Made by a program: the position numbers and the translations under genes. A stretch of 46,776 bases of DNA, taken from the NCBI GenBank assembly GCA_046581755.1, contig JAYGFR010000191.1:1-46776 (forward strand), read 5' to 3'. This DNA is from Nitrospinota bacterium. GTDB taxonomy: Bacteria; UBA8248. Below are positions 1 to 10,326 of this stretch, piece after piece (position 1 is the first letter of the stretch; every line of letters begins with the position of its first letter). The notes under the pieces are model-generated. The model was not told the DNA's origin, made no database searches, and worked only from the letters and a program-made list of their open reading frames with translations.

Positions 1-2
1 CC

Positions 3-728
3 GTCGATCCGGAGGACGATTCCGGTCACGTAGCTGGCCTCGTCCGATGCCAGGAACACGAACCCGCCGGTCATCTCCTCGGCGGTGCCCCAGCGGCCGA
101 GCGGGATGCGCTCGAGGTATTTCGCCTGGAACCGCTCGTCGGTCCGGATGGTCTCGGTCATCGGGGTGATGGCGGCGGGCGATATGGCGTTCACGGTGAT
201 GCCGTAGCGGCCCAGCTCGCGCGAGGCGCTCTTGGTCGCGCCGACGATGCCCATCTTCGCTGAGGAATAGTTGATCTGGCCGATGGTTCCGCGCAGCCCC
301 GCCCCCGAGGTGACGTTGATGATGCGGCCCGATTTCCGGGGGATCATCCGCTTGGCCGCCGCCTGGATGCCCACCCAGGAGCCCTTGAGGTGGACGGCGA
401 TGACGGCGTCGAACTGATCCTCGGTCATTTTGTGGAGCATGGCTGCGCGGACGATGCCCGCGTTGTTCACCATGATATCGACCGGGCCGAATTCGGCCTC
501 GCACCGATCCAGCGCCGCCTCGATCTCGGCGATTCGGCTCACGTCCGCGCGCTGAAACACGGCCTCTCCGCCCCCCTCGCGGGTGAGCTTGGCCGTCTCC
601 TCGCCGCCCTCCTCGTTGAGATCCACCGCCACCACGCGGGCGCCCTCTCTCGCGAACGCCTGGACCACCGCCCGCCCGATGCCCTGCGCAGCGCCGGTCA
701 CCACCGCCGTTTTTCCCTCAAGACGCAT
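3..728 (-). CDS. SDR family oxidoreductase (FabG-like), 3' end outside the window
   Basis: Manual translation from ATG at 728: MRLEGKTAVVTGAAQGIG (TGxxxGIG), NNAG, YSSAK (YxxxK), and the typical SDR tail ASDEASYVTG. Confidence 0.9.
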   Translation of the reverse strand, partial: MRLEGKTAVVTGAAQGIGRAVVQAFAREGARVVAVDLNEEGGEETAKLTREGGGEAVFQRADVSRIAEIEAALDRCEAEFGPVDIMVNNAGIVRAAMLHKMTEDQFDAVIAVHLKGSWVGIQAAAKRMIPRKSGRIINVTSGAGLRGTIGQINYSSAKMGIVGATKSASRELGRYGITVNAISPAAITPMTETIRTDERFQAKYLERIPLGRWGTAEEMTGGFVFLASDEASYVTGIVLRID

Positions 729-803
729 GAAAATTCTCCCCTTATGAAATCGAAATATTCGATCAGTCCCGAAAAATGATTCGCCGGCGGTCCCACGCCG
801 GCG

Positions 804-1220
804 TCAGTCCATCCAGGCCTCGGCGGTTCCTTTCGTCACGATATCCCCGGCCGGGTTCACGGCCTCGATCTCGCAAACGGCGAGGGCGCGGCCGCCATCC
901 TCCCGGACTTCGCCGACCTCTCCCCGGAGGGTGATGACATCGCCCGCGTTGACCATGCCCCGGAAGTTCACCTTCAGCTTTCGCACGCTGCCGGCCCCGA
1001 AGGCGGATTCGGCGAGCTGGCCGAGGAAGGCCATCGAGAGCATGCCGTGGGCGATGACGCCCGGGAGCCCGCGCCCGCGGGCGGCCTCCTCGTCGGTGTG
1101 GATGGGGTTAAAATCCCCGCTCGCGCCCGCGTACATGACGAGCTGGACCTTGGTCACGGGGTCCTTGACGATTTCGGGCAGCTTGTCCCCGGCCCGGTAT
1201 TTCATCCCCGGGTCCTCCAT
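804..1220 (-). CDS. MaoC-family (hotdog) dehydratase
   Basis: YAGASGDFNPIHTD...IAHGML hydratase-2 motif. Confidence 0.9.
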   Translation of the reverse strand: MEDPGMKYRAGDKLPEIVKDPVTKVQLVMYAGASGDFNPIHTDEEAARGRGLPGVIAHGMLSMAFLGQLAESAFGAGSVRKLKVNFRGMVNAGDVITLRGEVGEVREDGGRALAVCEIEAVNPAGDIVTKGTAEAWMD

Positions 1221-1230
1221 TCAAGAGCCC

Positions 1231-1665
1231 TCACTTGTTGAACCGGCGGAGGGAGACCCATTTTCCTATCCCGATCCGCCCGCCGCCCGCCGCGTCGATA
1301 TAATCGATCTCGCGCTCGATGAAGACGAGATCGCCGCTCCGCCCGCTTTTTTCGTAGATGCCGGTGATCGTTATCGAGACGTCAATCGAATCGCCCGCGC
1401 GGATGGGCCGCTCGAACTCGTAGGCCTGGGACGCGTGAAGGCCGACGTCGCCAAAATCATCGGGCATGTCGGGATACGGACCCTCCGGGCGGAAGGTGGT
1501 GGGAAAGGTGGGCGGCGCGACCGCATGGGGGCCCCGGTAGGCGGGGTTCGGGTCTCCGATGGCGTCGGCGAATTTCCGGATGGCGCCGGCCTCGACATCG
1601 ACGCGGAAAGGCCCGTGTTTTTTGCCGACGAGGGCTTGGACCTCGGGGGTGATGCGGCTCGTCAT
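1231..1665 (-). CDS. MaoC/FAS1-like dehydratase N-terminal partner subunit
   Basis: From ATG 1665 (MTSRITPEV): VEAGAIRKFADAIGDPNP, APPTF, LHASQAYEFERPI. Adjacent to the MaoC gene, as in heterodimeric hotdog dehydratases. Confidence 0.85.
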   Translation of the reverse strand: MTSRITPEVQALVGKKHGPFRVDVEAGAIRKFADAIGDPNPAYRGPHAVAPPTFPTTFRPEGPYPDMPDDFGDVGLHASQAYEFERPIRAGDSIDVSITITGIYEKSGRSGDLVFIEREIDYIDAAGGGRIGIGKWVSLRRFNK

Positions 1666-1703
1666 GGGGACCAATCCTTTCCGCCGGAGACAGCCCGGCG
1701 ATT

Positions 1704-3809
1704 TTAAGCCTTGCGTATGCGGACATCCACCGCGCAGGCCCCTCCCGGGGAGGCGATGAGCGGGTTGATGTCCATCTCCGAGATGAGCCCTTCGAGCTCC
1801 GCCGCCATCTCCGAGACACGGGACAATACCTTGGCCGCCGCCGAAACGTTCGCGGCCGGGCCTCCCCGGAGACCGTCCAGCGCCTTCGCGGTGCGGGGGC
1901 CGCGAAGCATCCGCCCGGCCTCGTCCGGGCCGAAGGGGGGCAGCCGCCGCGCTACCTCCTCCAGGACCTCGACGAATATTCCGCCGAGCCCCGCCGTCAC
2001 GCAAGGGCCGAAGGCGCTATCGTGCGATATCCCGGCGATGAGTTCCACGCCGCTTTCGGCCATCTTCTGCACGAGCACCCGCGCGCCAGGCGCCATCGAC
2101 AGCAGCCGCACGGCGGCCTGACGGACGCCCGCCTCCGTATCCAGGCCGAGCGCCACCCCGCCCGAATCGGTCTTGTGCACCACATCATCCGAGATGACCT
2201 TCAGCGCCACCGGACCGCCGATGGCGCGCCAGGCCCCGGCGGCGGCGTCCTCGGAGGTCACGACGGCATCCTCGGGCCGGGGGATTTCGTAGATGTCCAG
2301 AAGGGCCCGGCAGGTCTCATGGGGCAGCATCCCGCCCCCGGGGCAGACCGCACCTTCGATCAGCTCCCGCGCCCGCGCCCGGCGGGAGGCATCGATTCGC
2401 GGCGGGGCCTTTTCGGAATCCAGGGTGGCCTCGCCGAACTCCCGCGCGGCGGCCAGCGCCCGGACCGCGTTGGCGAAATCCTCGAACACCGGAACGCCGG
2501 ATTTTCTCAGCCGATCGATATCCGCCCGGGGGCCGGTCAGCCAGGTGCAGGCGAAGGGGACGCCGCTCTCGCGGAAAAGGGCGCTCATGTCCTCGGTGAC
2601 TTGAGTGCCGATATGGTGGTAAATCCCCATGATCAGGCAGACGGCATCGACGTTCGGGTCCGCGCATACTGCCCGCCCGGCTTCCTGAAGCGGCCTCGAA
2701 TCGGGCCGGCTCACCATGAGCGAGACCAGGTCCACCGGGTTGCTCACCGGGGCGTAGTCGGAGAGGATTTCGCGAAGCCGCGCCCGCGTTTTTTCGGCGA
2801 ATTCCGGCAGGGCGAACCCGCAACGGATGGCGTGGTCGGCCGTGAGGGAGCCCGCCCCCCCCGAAAAGCTCAAAATTCCCAGCCGGTTTCCCCCGAGGGG
2901 TTTTGCCCGGCAGAGAAAGTCCACCGTCCCCACCAGCTCGATGAAGGTATCGCAGAGGCGGATTCCGTATTGTTCGGCAAAGGCGGTGAAAACCCCGTGC
3001 GAGGTGGCGAGCGCCGCCGTGTGGCTCATCGCCGCGCGGGCGCCCTCTTCGGTGGCGCCGCTCTTGAGGAGGACGATCGGCTTGCCGAGCCTCAGGGCGC
3101 GGGCGGCGGCGGCGCGCAGCCGGGGCCCGTCCCGGACGGACTCTATGTAGCCGCAGATGACCTTCGTATGGGGATCGCCGAGAAAGTACTCGACGCATTC
3201 GGCGAAATCGACGTCCGCCTCGTTGCCGAGGCTCACGAGGGAGCTGATGCCCGTGCCGGTGTCCTGAAACCCGGTGAGCAGGCAGGCCCCCAGCGCGCCG
3301 CTCTGGGTGATGATGGCGACGGAGCCGGGAATCAGGGGGTCGTCCTCGCGGATTGAAATGGTGAAGGTGGCGGGGAGCCTGGAGCGGACGTGAATCACCC
3401 CCATGCAGTTGGGCCCGAGGAGGAGCATGCCCGCCCCCCGGGCGATCTCCACGAGCTCTTCCTGCATCCGGGCGCCGGATTCGCCAACCTCCGCGTAGCC
3501 CGAGGACATGACGACCACCGCGCCGACCCCCCTTTCGGCGCACTCCCTGAACAGGGCGGCGTTCTTCTCGCGGGGTGTGCTGAAAAGGACGAACTCCGGC
3601 GTCTCGGGGAGGGAGGCGATGTCCGGGTAGCATTTGAGCCCCCCAATTTCATCGTGGTTCGGGTTGATGGGATAGATGGGACCCTCGAACCCGTATTCCA
3701 ACAGAAGGCGGATCGGGATCCCCCCGGTCCGGTTCGGGTTGGAGGATGCACCTGCGACGGCGATGGATCGGGGTTCGAAAAGCGGTCTTAGATTTCGCAT
3801 GTCCGTCAT
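1704..3809 (-). CDS. ADP-forming acyl-CoA synthetase (acetate--CoA ligase family, fused alpha/beta)
   Basis: LFEPRSIAVAGAS, LLGPNCMG, SLGNEAD, AMSHTAALA (phospho-His), C-terminal ATP-grasp VHKTDSGGV and MDINPL. Start trimmed to ATG 3809. Confidence 0.9.
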   Translation of the reverse strand: MTDMRNLRPLFEPRSIAVAGASSNPNRTGGIPIRLLLEYGFEGPIYPINPNHDEIGGLKCYPDIASLPETPEFVLFSTPREKNAALFRECAERGVGAVVVMSSGYAEVGESGARMQEELVEIARGAGMLLLGPNCMGVIHVRSRLPATFTISIREDDPLIPGSVAIITQSGALGACLLTGFQDTGTGISSLVSLGNEADVDFAECVEYFLGDPHTKVICGYIESVRDGPRLRAAAARALRLGKPIVLLKSGATEEGARAAMSHTAALATSHGVFTAFAEQYGIRLCDTFIELVGTVDFLCRAKPLGGNRLGILSFSGGAGSLTADHAIRCGFALPEFAEKTRARLREILSDYAPVSNPVDLVSLMVSRPDSRPLQEAGRAVCADPNVDAVCLIMGIYHHIGTQVTEDMSALFRESGVPFACTWLTGPRADIDRLRKSGVPVFEDFANAVRALAAAREFGEATLDSEKAPPRIDASRRARARELIEGAVCPGGGMLPHETCRALLDIYEIPRPEDAVVTSEDAAAGAWRAIGGPVALKVISDDVVHKTDSGGVALGLDTEAGVRQAAVRLLSMAPGARVLVQKMAESGVELIAGISHDSAFGPCVTAGLGGIFVEVLEEVARRLPPFGPDEAGRMLRGPRTAKALDGLRGGPAANVSAAAKVLSRVSEMAAELEGLISEMDINPLIASPGGACAVDVRIRKA

Positions 3810-3920
3810 GATGCGGCTATTATTACCATATTCATTTGATGGCGTAATGAGGTTGAAACTCAAGGCGCCGCGGGACGCGGTGAATCGCGGCGGATAAATT
3901 TTGCCGGTGGAGGAGAGAAA

Positions 3921-4850
3921 ATGCCTGCAAGCAAAACCGTGGGGGTCGTCGGTGCGGGGAGGATGGGAGGCCCGATCGCGCAAAGATTCATCCGGGCGAA
4001 AACGCCCCTGATGGTATGGGACACAGAGGCGGAATGCGTTGAGCCCTTCGAAGGGAAGCGGAACGTCGAGATCGCCCCGCCGGACGCGATGGCCCGGAAA
4101 TGCGCGGTGATTTTATTTGTCGTGCCATCCTCGGCCGAGATCGCGGATTGCCTGAAGGGAAAAAACGGCGTTCTCCGGAACGCGAGAAAAGGGCTCGTCG
4201 TCTACGACCTCACGACCTCGAATCCGGCCGAGACGAAAAAGCTGGCCCGCCGGGCGGCGAAGGCGGGCGTTCCCTATCTCGACGCCGGAATGAGCGGAGG
4301 CCCCGGCGGCATCCTCAAGGGAAAACTCACCCTCATGATCGGCGGGGACGCCAGGGTGCTCGGGCGGACGAGAAAACATCTCACCCCCTTCGTGGATAAA
4401 ATTTTTCACCTGGGGGATACCGGCTCCGGGCACGCCATGAAGCTTTTGAACAACATGGTCCTCCACACCATCTTTTTGGCGACCTGTGAGGGGGCCAAAC
4501 TCGCCGAGCGCATGGGGATTCAAGTGAAGGACATGATCGAGGTGTTCAACGCCTCTTCCGCGTTCAGCTATGCGAGCCGGCACCGCTTTCCGAACAACAT
4601 CCTCAACGGAAGCTGGAACGCCCGGGCGCGCATTTACAACCCGCATAAGGACGTCGGCCTGGCCGTCGCCATCGGCGAGGCGCTCGGCGCCGATGTGGGC
4701 TATGCGGCGCGCACCTACGAGTTTTTAAAAAAAGCCGCTCAGCGGGGGATGCTCGAGGAGGATTACTCGCTTCTGTTCCGGGATTTCGACCAAATTGGAA
4801 AGGTGCGCCTCAAGAAGAAAAAACCCGTGCGTACCAGAAAAAGCGCGTAG
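3921..4850 (+). CDS. NAD(P)-dependent oxidoreductase, 3-hydroxyisobutyrate dehydrogenase family
   Basis: VGVVGAGRMG, DAGMSGG, GSGHAMKLLNN; GGAG RBS upstream. Confidence 0.88.
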   Translation: MPASKTVGVVGAGRMGGPIAQRFIRAKTPLMVWDTEAECVEPFEGKRNVEIAPPDAMARKCAVILFVVPSSAEIADCLKGKNGVLRNARKGLVVYDLTTSNPAETKKLARRAAKAGVPYLDAGMSGGPGGILKGKLTLMIGGDARVLGRTRKHLTPFVDKIFHLGDTGSGHAMKLLNNMVLHTIFLATCEGAKLAERMGIQVKDMIEVFNASSAFSYASRHRFPNNILNGSWNARARIYNPHKDVGLAVAIGEALGADVGYAARTYEFLKKAAQRGMLEEDYSLLFRDFDQIGKVRLKKKKPVRTRKSA

Positions 4851-5092
4851 CCGGGATCGAGACCTCGAACCACCGCGCATTTTCGGTAGTCATCCTTTCA
4901 TCCCAATGCCCTATGTTTAGGGCGCTGGTGGAAGTTCCGCCGGCGAAAGGGGGGAGCGGTGTTCAGAGAAGGGCAGTTTCAGGGAATCGGGGTTATGCGG
5001 AAATTCGGATTGGCCTTTTCGCCGGAGATTTGGGGTTTCGGGCGTTTGCCGCGGATGCTTTGACCTATGTTGTTCGCCGGGGCCCCGGCCGG
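4851..5092. repeat. Dispersed ~245-bp non-coding repeat, copy A
   Basis: Aligns along its length with the reverse complement of 14121-14368; the core gcgctggtgga...ggattggccttttcgccggag is nearly identical. Confidence 0.85.
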
Positions 5093-5094
5093 GG

Positions 5095-5469
5095 TCAGCC
5101 CCGGCCCTCGAGTGCGTTCCGGACGACGCGCTGGGCGAGCTGGGCGCAGTGGCGCTTGTGCTTGGGGAGGCCGCCGAGGGAGGCGGCGATCTCTTCGTGG
5201 GTGAGTTCCCGGAGCTCGTCCGCCGTCTTTCCGCGAACGAGGTCGGTCACCGAGCTCATGGCGGCGGTGATGGCGCCGCAGCCGAGGACCTTCATCTTCG
5301 CGTCGCTGACGGTATCGCCCTCGAATTTGAGGTAGAGGGAGACTTCGTCCCCGCAGACCGGGTTGGTTCCGGTCCCGATGCCGTCGGCGTCGCCGATTTC
5401 GCCGATATTGTGGGGCTCGGCGATGTGCGTCAGCACGGTTTCGTTGTAGTGGTAATCGTCCGTGGCCAT
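5095..5469 (-). CDS. iscU: Fe-S cluster scaffold IscU/NifU N-terminal type
   Basis: NPVCGDEV, GCGA and KRHCA conserved Cys motifs; directly downstream of the cysteine desulfurase. Confidence 0.9.
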   Translation of the reverse strand: MATDDYHYNETVLTHIAEPHNIGEIGDADGIGTGTNPVCGDEVSLYLKFEGDTVSDAKMKVLGCGAITAAMSSVTDLVRGKTADELRELTHEEIAASLGGLPKHKRHCAQLAQRVVRNALEGRG

Positions 5470-5486
5470 TTCGGTGCCTTCTTTTC

Positions 5487-6668
5487 TTAGCCGCTGGTGG
5501 CCGCCCGGGCGCGGGGAGCCATGGCCCGCACCCGCTCGACGGCCAGGGGAAGCACCTCCATGAGGCGGCTCACCTCTTCTTCGGTGTTGCCCCAGCCGAG
5601 AGAGATGCGGAGGGAGCCCAGCACGGCCTCCTTGGGCAGGTCCATCGCGAGGAGGACATGACTCGGCTCGGCGGAGCCGGAGCTGCAGGCCGAGCCGGTG
5701 CTGACCGCGAATCCCTCCAGGTCGAGCCGAATCAGGAGCGTTTCCCCCTCGGCGCCGAGGAAGCCGAGGTTGCTCGTCCCCGGCAGGCGGTGTTCGGGGT
5801 CTCCGTTCACCACCACGTCCGGAATCCGCTCGCAGATTTCGTTCTCCAGCTTGTCCCGGAGGCGTCTGGTTTTCTCGGGCCCGGCGGCGCCTGCTTCGTG
5901 CGCGATGCGGCAGGCTTCCCCGAGTCCCGCGATGGAGGGGACGTTTTCGGTTCCGGAGCGAAGGTCCCGCTCCTGCCCGCCGCCCGTGATGATCGGTTCG
6001 ATGTGGACGCCGCTGCGGATGTAGAGGAATCCCACGCCTTTGGAGGCGTTGAATTTGTGCCCGCTGGCCGAGAGGAGGTCCACCCCGGAGGCATCGACGT
6101 CGATGGGCAGCTTGCCGATTCCCTGGACGGCATCGGTGTGGAAGAGGACGCCCCGCTCACGGCAGATGGCGCCGATTTCCTCGATGGGCTGGACGGTGCC
6201 GACCTCGTTGTTCGCCCACATGATCGATACGATCCGGGTGTCGGAGCGGATGGCCGCCGCGACCGCATCGGCGGAAACGCGGCCCTTGCCGTTCGGGCGG
6301 ATGTAGGTGACCTGGATACCGGAGCCTTCGAGGACCTTGCAGGTATCGAGCACAGCGGGATGCTCGATGGCGCTCGTGACGATGTGCCCGCCGCCGCCCG
6401 CCGCCGCGAGGGCGCCCCGGAGCGCCCAGTTGTCGCTTTCGGTTCCGCCCGAGGTGAAAACGATTTCCTCGGGATCGGCCGCGCCGATGAGAGCGGCGGC
6501 ATGTTCGCGCCCCTCCTCGACGGCCGCGCGCGTCTCCCGGCCGAAGCGGTGGATGCTGTTCGGGTTGCCGAAGGAGGAGCCGAGATAGCGGTGGATCACC
6601 TCGGCCACCTCGGGCCGGATCGGCGTTGTGGCGTTGTGATCCATGTAGACCGGATTCATGTCGGTCAT
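5487..6668 (-). CDS. iscS: Cysteine desulfurase IscS/NifS
   Basis: [19 protein letters not shown] (PLP Lys), STGSACSS (catalytic Cys). Start at ATG 6668 overlaps the cysE stop. Confidence 0.93.
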   Translation of the reverse strand: MTDMNPVYMDHNATTPIRPEVAEVIHRYLGSSFGNPNSIHRFGRETRAAVEEGREHAAALIGAADPEEIVFTSGGTESDNWALRGALAAAGGGGHIVTSAIEHPAVLDTCKVLEGSGIQVTYIRPNGKGRVSADAVAAAIRSDTRIVSIMWANNEVGTVQPIEEIGAICRERGVLFHTDAVQGIGKLPIDVDASGVDLLSASGHKFNASKGVGFLYIRSGVHIEPIITGGGQERDLRSGTENVPSIAGLGEACRIAHEAGAAGPEKTRRLRDKLENEICERIPDVVVNGDPEHRLPGTSNLGFLGAEGETLLIRLDLEGFAVSTGSACSSGSAEPSHVLLAMDLPKEAVLGSLRISLGWGNTEEEVSRLMEVLPLAVERVRAMAPRARAATSG

Positions 6669-7366
6669 TCCCGGCGGCCCGTTTCCGTCTCCCGGGACTT
6701 GTCGAGTTCGCGTTCGAACTCGGCGATCCGCAGGTTGAGGGCCTGAAGGGCGGATTCCACCGGGTCGGGGAGATTGGCATGTTCGAAGGCGCCGGATGAT
6801 TCGGGATCGTCCCCTTCCTCGCCCTCCCGGTAGACGACCCGGCCCGGCACGCCGACCACGGTGGAGCCGGGCGGCACATCGGCGATGACGACCGAGGCGG
6901 CGCCGATTCGGCTTCCCGCGCCGATGGTGTTCGGCCCCAGAACCTTGGCACCGACACCGACGATCACGTTGTCTTCGAGGGTGGGGTGGCGCTTGCCCTT
7001 GTGAAGGCTGACCCCTCCGAGGGTGACGCCCTGGTAGATGGTGCAGTTTCGCCCGATTTGGGTGGTCTCGCCGATGACCACGCCCATGCCGTGGTCGATG
7101 AAGAAGTTCTCGCCGATTTGGGCGCCCGGATGAATTTCGATGCCCGTCAAGAACCGTCCGACGTGGCTGATCCAGCGGGCGATCAGGTAAACGCGCCGGT
7201 TCCACAAGAAATGGGCCACCCTGTGGAAAAACATGGCGTGAAAACCGGGGTAGCAGAGGATGACTTCCATCGTCGAACGCGCCGCCGGATCCCTGTTGAG
7301 CACCGCCCGGATGTCGCGGCGAACAATTCGAATTGCGAGGCGAAAATATTTCGGAATCGACTGCAT
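6665..7366 (-). CDS. cysE: Serine O-acetyltransferase
   Basis: [35 protein letters not shown] hexapeptide-repeat signature. Confidence 0.93.
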   Translation of the reverse strand: MQSIPKYFRLAIRIVRRDIRAVLNRDPAARSTMEVILCYPGFHAMFFHRVAHFLWNRRVYLIARWISHVGRFLTGIEIHPGAQIGENFFIDHGMGVVIGETTQIGRNCTIYQGVTLGGVSLHKGKRHPTLEDNVIVGVGAKVLGPNTIGAGSRIGAASVVIADVPPGSTVVGVPGRVVYREGEEGDDPESSGAFEHANLPDPVESALQALNLRIAEFERELDKSRETETGRRE

Positions 7367-7544
7367 CGGAAGAACTCTCCTTGGGCGCGAAATCGCCCCT
7401 TTCGATGCCAAAAACGAAAAGCGGCCCAAACGCCGCCTAAGACGCTGAATATTATTGCACTCTCACCCGGCGGGCGCCACCTGAGGTTACCGGGTGGCTC
7501 GAGCCTTACCGGGTAAGCTGGGTCCGTTTATCCGAATCTTCCGT

Positions 7545-7682
7545 ATGCCACATGGGGTGGGCGACATCGGGAGCCTCGGGGGCGATGTCGTCACTCCCCT
7601 GCGCGTGGACATGATCTATGACAATCCGACCGCCTGGGCCGGGGATGAAATCATTTTGAAAGAGGGCCGGATCGTGGTATGA
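7545..7682 (+). pseudogene. C-terminal remnant of an M29/AmpS-like aminopeptidase
   Basis: GVGDIGSLGGDVVTPLRVDMIYDNPTAWAGDEIILKEGRIVV resembles the M29-like C-terminus (HxxxGD..GG...DxxxxNPT..DG..I..G). There is no room upstream for the rest of the gene. Confidence 0.5.
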
Positions 7683-7721
7683 GGAGCGAACCGGACCACC
7701 ACCCGCCAAAATTGGGCAGAT

Positions 7722-8588
7722 ATGGAACAGAAAACCTCCGCTATCGTTATGAAGGGAAAGCCGGTCGCCGAAAAGGTGACGGAAGGGCTGGCCGCCGAAA
7801 TTGAGGAGATCGCCTCAAAGGCAGGCCGCCCGCCCGGACTCTCCGTCGTCCTCGTGGGCGAGGACCCGGCCTCCCGTGTGTATGTGTGCATTAAAGAGCG
7901 CCTGGCGAAAAAGCTGGGCATCCTCACCTTCGATCACCGTATCCCAGAAGACACAACGCAGGAGGAGCTGCTCGAGCGGGTAAAGGGCCTGAATGCCGAT
8001 CCGGCGGTGGACGGGATTCTCGTCCAACTGCCACTGCCTTCCCACTTGAACGAGCAGGAGGTGCTCCGCACGGTCGCTCTGGAAAAGGACGTTGACGTTT
8101 TTCATCCCGAAAATTTCGGCCTGCTGGCCCTGAAGCAGGGTCTCCTCCGGCCATGTACCCCCGCCGGTGTCATTGAAATTCTCAAGCACTACGGGGTTGA
8201 AATCGAGGGGAAATCCGTCGCCCTTATCGGCCGGAGCAAGATTGTAGGCCTGCCTCTTGCGCTTTTGCTGCTCCACGAGAATGCGACGATAACGGTTTGC
8301 CACTCCCGGACCGCCGATATCCCCTCCGTCACCCGCCAAGCCGATATCGTCATTGCCGCGCTGGGCCAGCCGAAATTTCTGACCGGGGATATGGTGAAAG
8401 AGGGGGCCGTGGTCGTGGATGTGGGCATTACCCGGGTCGGTGAGAAACTGGTAGGCGATTGCGACTACGATGCCCTCATCGATAAAGTTTCGGCGATCAC
8501 CCCCGTCCCTGGCGGCGTGGGCCCGATGACCGTGGCCATGCTAATGGCCAACACTGTCCACGCGTATCGCCATCGTGTGCTCGGCTAG
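7722..8588 (+). CDS. folD: Bifunctional methylene-THF dehydrogenase/cyclohydrolase
   Basis: VDGILVQLPLP, KDVD, PCTPAG, ITPVPGGVGPMTVAML. Confidence 0.96.
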   Translation: MEQKTSAIVMKGKPVAEKVTEGLAAEIEEIASKAGRPPGLSVVLVGEDPASRVYVCIKERLAKKLGILTFDHRIPEDTTQEELLERVKGLNADPAVDGILVQLPLPSHLNEQEVLRTVALEKDVDVFHPENFGLLALKQGLLRPCTPAGVIEILKHYGVEIEGKSVALIGRSKIVGLPLALLLLHENATITVCHSRTADIPSVTRQADIVIAALGQPKFLTGDMVKEGAVVVDVGITRVGEKLVGDCDYDALIDKVSAITPVPGGVGPMTVAMLMANTVHAYRHRVLG

Positions 8589-8618
8589 CCTCGGGTCTCA
8601 TCGCGTGAGGCTGTCCAG

Positions 8619-10028
8619 ATGAGCGCCGATCTCCTGGGTCCCTCCGCCGTCTCCACTCCCGGAGCGGGAATGCCCGTCTACACCGTCAGCCAGCTGAACT
8701 CGCGGGTCAAAGACCTCCTTGAGAAAGAATTCGCCGAAGTCCTGGTCGAAGGGGAGGTCTCCTCATGGCGGACCTATCCCTCTGGCCACGCCTATTTCGA
8801 TATCAAGGACGCTGGCGCCAAGGTGGGCGCCGTCATGTTCTCGGGGCGGAGGCGGTTTCTGCGTTTCGAACCCGAGGACGGAATGCGCGTTCTGGTGCGC
8901 GGCCGGGTGACCCTCTACGAACGTGGCGGCCGTTTTCAGCTTTCCGTCCTTTCGATGGAACCCCTCGGCGAGGGGGCCCTCGAGGCGGCCTTCCGCCAGT
9001 TGATGGAGCGCCTCGAAAAAGAAGGGCTCTTCGCCGCCGAACGCAAGCGGCCCCTGCCCGAACGCCCCGGAAGGGTGGCCATCGTCACAAGCCGCGAGGG
9101 CGCTGCGCTACGCGACATACTCCGGGTCCTCGCCGAACGTGCACCGATTGTCCAGGCCGTCCTCGTTCATACACTCGTCCAGGGGGAAAGGGCGGCCCAA
9201 TCGATCGCGGCGGCCATCCGCCGGGCGGATCGCAGTCTCCGAGATCTTAAGCGCCCTGCCGATCTCATTATCGTGGGAAGAGGGGGGGGAAGCCGGGAGG
9301 ATCTATGGGCGTTCAACGAGGAGGCAGTCGTCCGGGCCGTTGCGGATTGCGGGACGCCGGTTCTCTCGGCGGTGGGGCATGAAATCGACACCTCCTTGAG
9401 TGACCTGGCGGCGGATGCCACGGCGCCCACCCCCACGGCTGCGGCCGAAATGGCTGCCCGCGGATGGCAGCATCTTTCGCGCGATCTCGACCGGATCCCG
9501 GCATCGTTGGAACGCCTTGCAGCGGGCCGAATCGCTGAACTGGAGGCCCGGCTGGAAGCCCTGGCGGAGGCACGGCCATTTCAGCGCCCGGAAGATCCCA
9601 TCGGGACGCTCGCGCAACGGTTAGACGCTCTTTTCGAGCGGATATGGCGGGAGGCGAGGCATGCCGAAAGCGTGCGACTGTCCCGCCTTCGCGCAATTTT
9701 GCCGCGGCTGACGGCGTCCTCACCCGGCGTCATGATGCGCGGGAGTGGGAAAGCGCTGGCAGAGATTGTACGCCGCCTCGGAATGGCCGAAGGGCGCGGC
9801 CGTGAGAGAAAGACATCCGCCCTTCGGGCCGTGATTGGCCGCCTGGAGGCCGTTTCGCCCCTGGCGGTTCTGGGGCGGGGATACAGCCTTGCCTACCGGG
9901 AAAGGGACGGCGCTCTTCTTCGCGGGGCGGAGCATGTGGAAGTGGGTGAACGGGTGCGGGTGCGTCTCTCCAGGGGCATGCTAACATGCCGTGTCGAAGA
10001 GAGCCTTAAAGAAGGAGATATTTCTTGA
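8619..10028 (+). CDS. xseA: Exodeoxyribonuclease VII large subunit
   Basis: YTVSQLN, SGHAYF, RGGGSREDLWAFNEE, SAVGHEID, APTPTAAAE, SPLAVLGRGYS. Confidence 0.95.
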   Translation: MSADLLGPSAVSTPGAGMPVYTVSQLNSRVKDLLEKEFAEVLVEGEVSSWRTYPSGHAYFDIKDAGAKVGAVMFSGRRRFLRFEPEDGMRVLVRGRVTLYERGGRFQLSVLSMEPLGEGALEAAFRQLMERLEKEGLFAAERKRPLPERPGRVAIVTSREGAALRDILRVLAERAPIVQAVLVHTLVQGERAAQSIAAAIRRADRSLRDLKRPADLIIVGRGGGSREDLWAFNEEAVVRAVADCGTPVLSAVGHEIDTSLSDLAADATAPTPTAAAEMAARGWQHLSRDLDRIPASLERLAAGRIAELEARLEALAEARPFQRPEDPIGTLAQRLDALFERIWREARHAESVRLSRLRAILPRLTASSPGVMMRGSGKALAEIVRRLGMAEGRGRERKTSALRAVIGRLEAVSPLAVLGRGYSLAYRERDGALLRGAEHVEVGERVRVRLSRGMLTCRVEESLKEGDIS

Positions 10029-10321
10029 GCGCGGCGAAAAAAAAAGCATCACCCAAAAAAGAGCCTGAAAATTTTGAAGGGGCTCTCGAGCGTCTCGAAG
10101 AGATCGTGGAGGCGCTTGAGGACGGCGAATCTCCCTTGGAGGATTCCGTGGGTTTGTACGAGGAGGGGGTGAAGCTGTTCCGCTATTGCCGCGAGCAGCT
10201 GAATTCGGCGCAAAAGCGGGTGGAAGAACTCGCCGGAGAGGCCGAGGAGGCTCTCTCTCTTCGATCTTTTGAGGATGACGAGGACGAAGAATACGACGAA
10301 AACGAAAAAGAGGACGGGTAA
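10025..10321 (+). CDS. xseB: Exodeoxyribonuclease VII small subunit
   Basis: FEGALERLEEIVEALEDGESPLEDSVGLYEEG; overlaps the xseA stop; AAGGAG RBS with TTG start. Confidence 0.93.
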   Translation: MSAAKKKASPKKEPENFEGALERLEEIVEALEDGESPLEDSVGLYEEGVKLFRYCREQLNSAQKRVEELAGEAEEALSLRSFEDDEDEEYDENEKEDG

Positions 10322-10326
10322 TCCGC

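Noticed and set aside
4913..5335. ORFs sharing ALVEVPPA (4913-5335 and 14094-14330) as paralogous proteins
   Set aside because: The similarity comes from the DNA repeat; indels shift the frames between copies, so it is likely non-coding.
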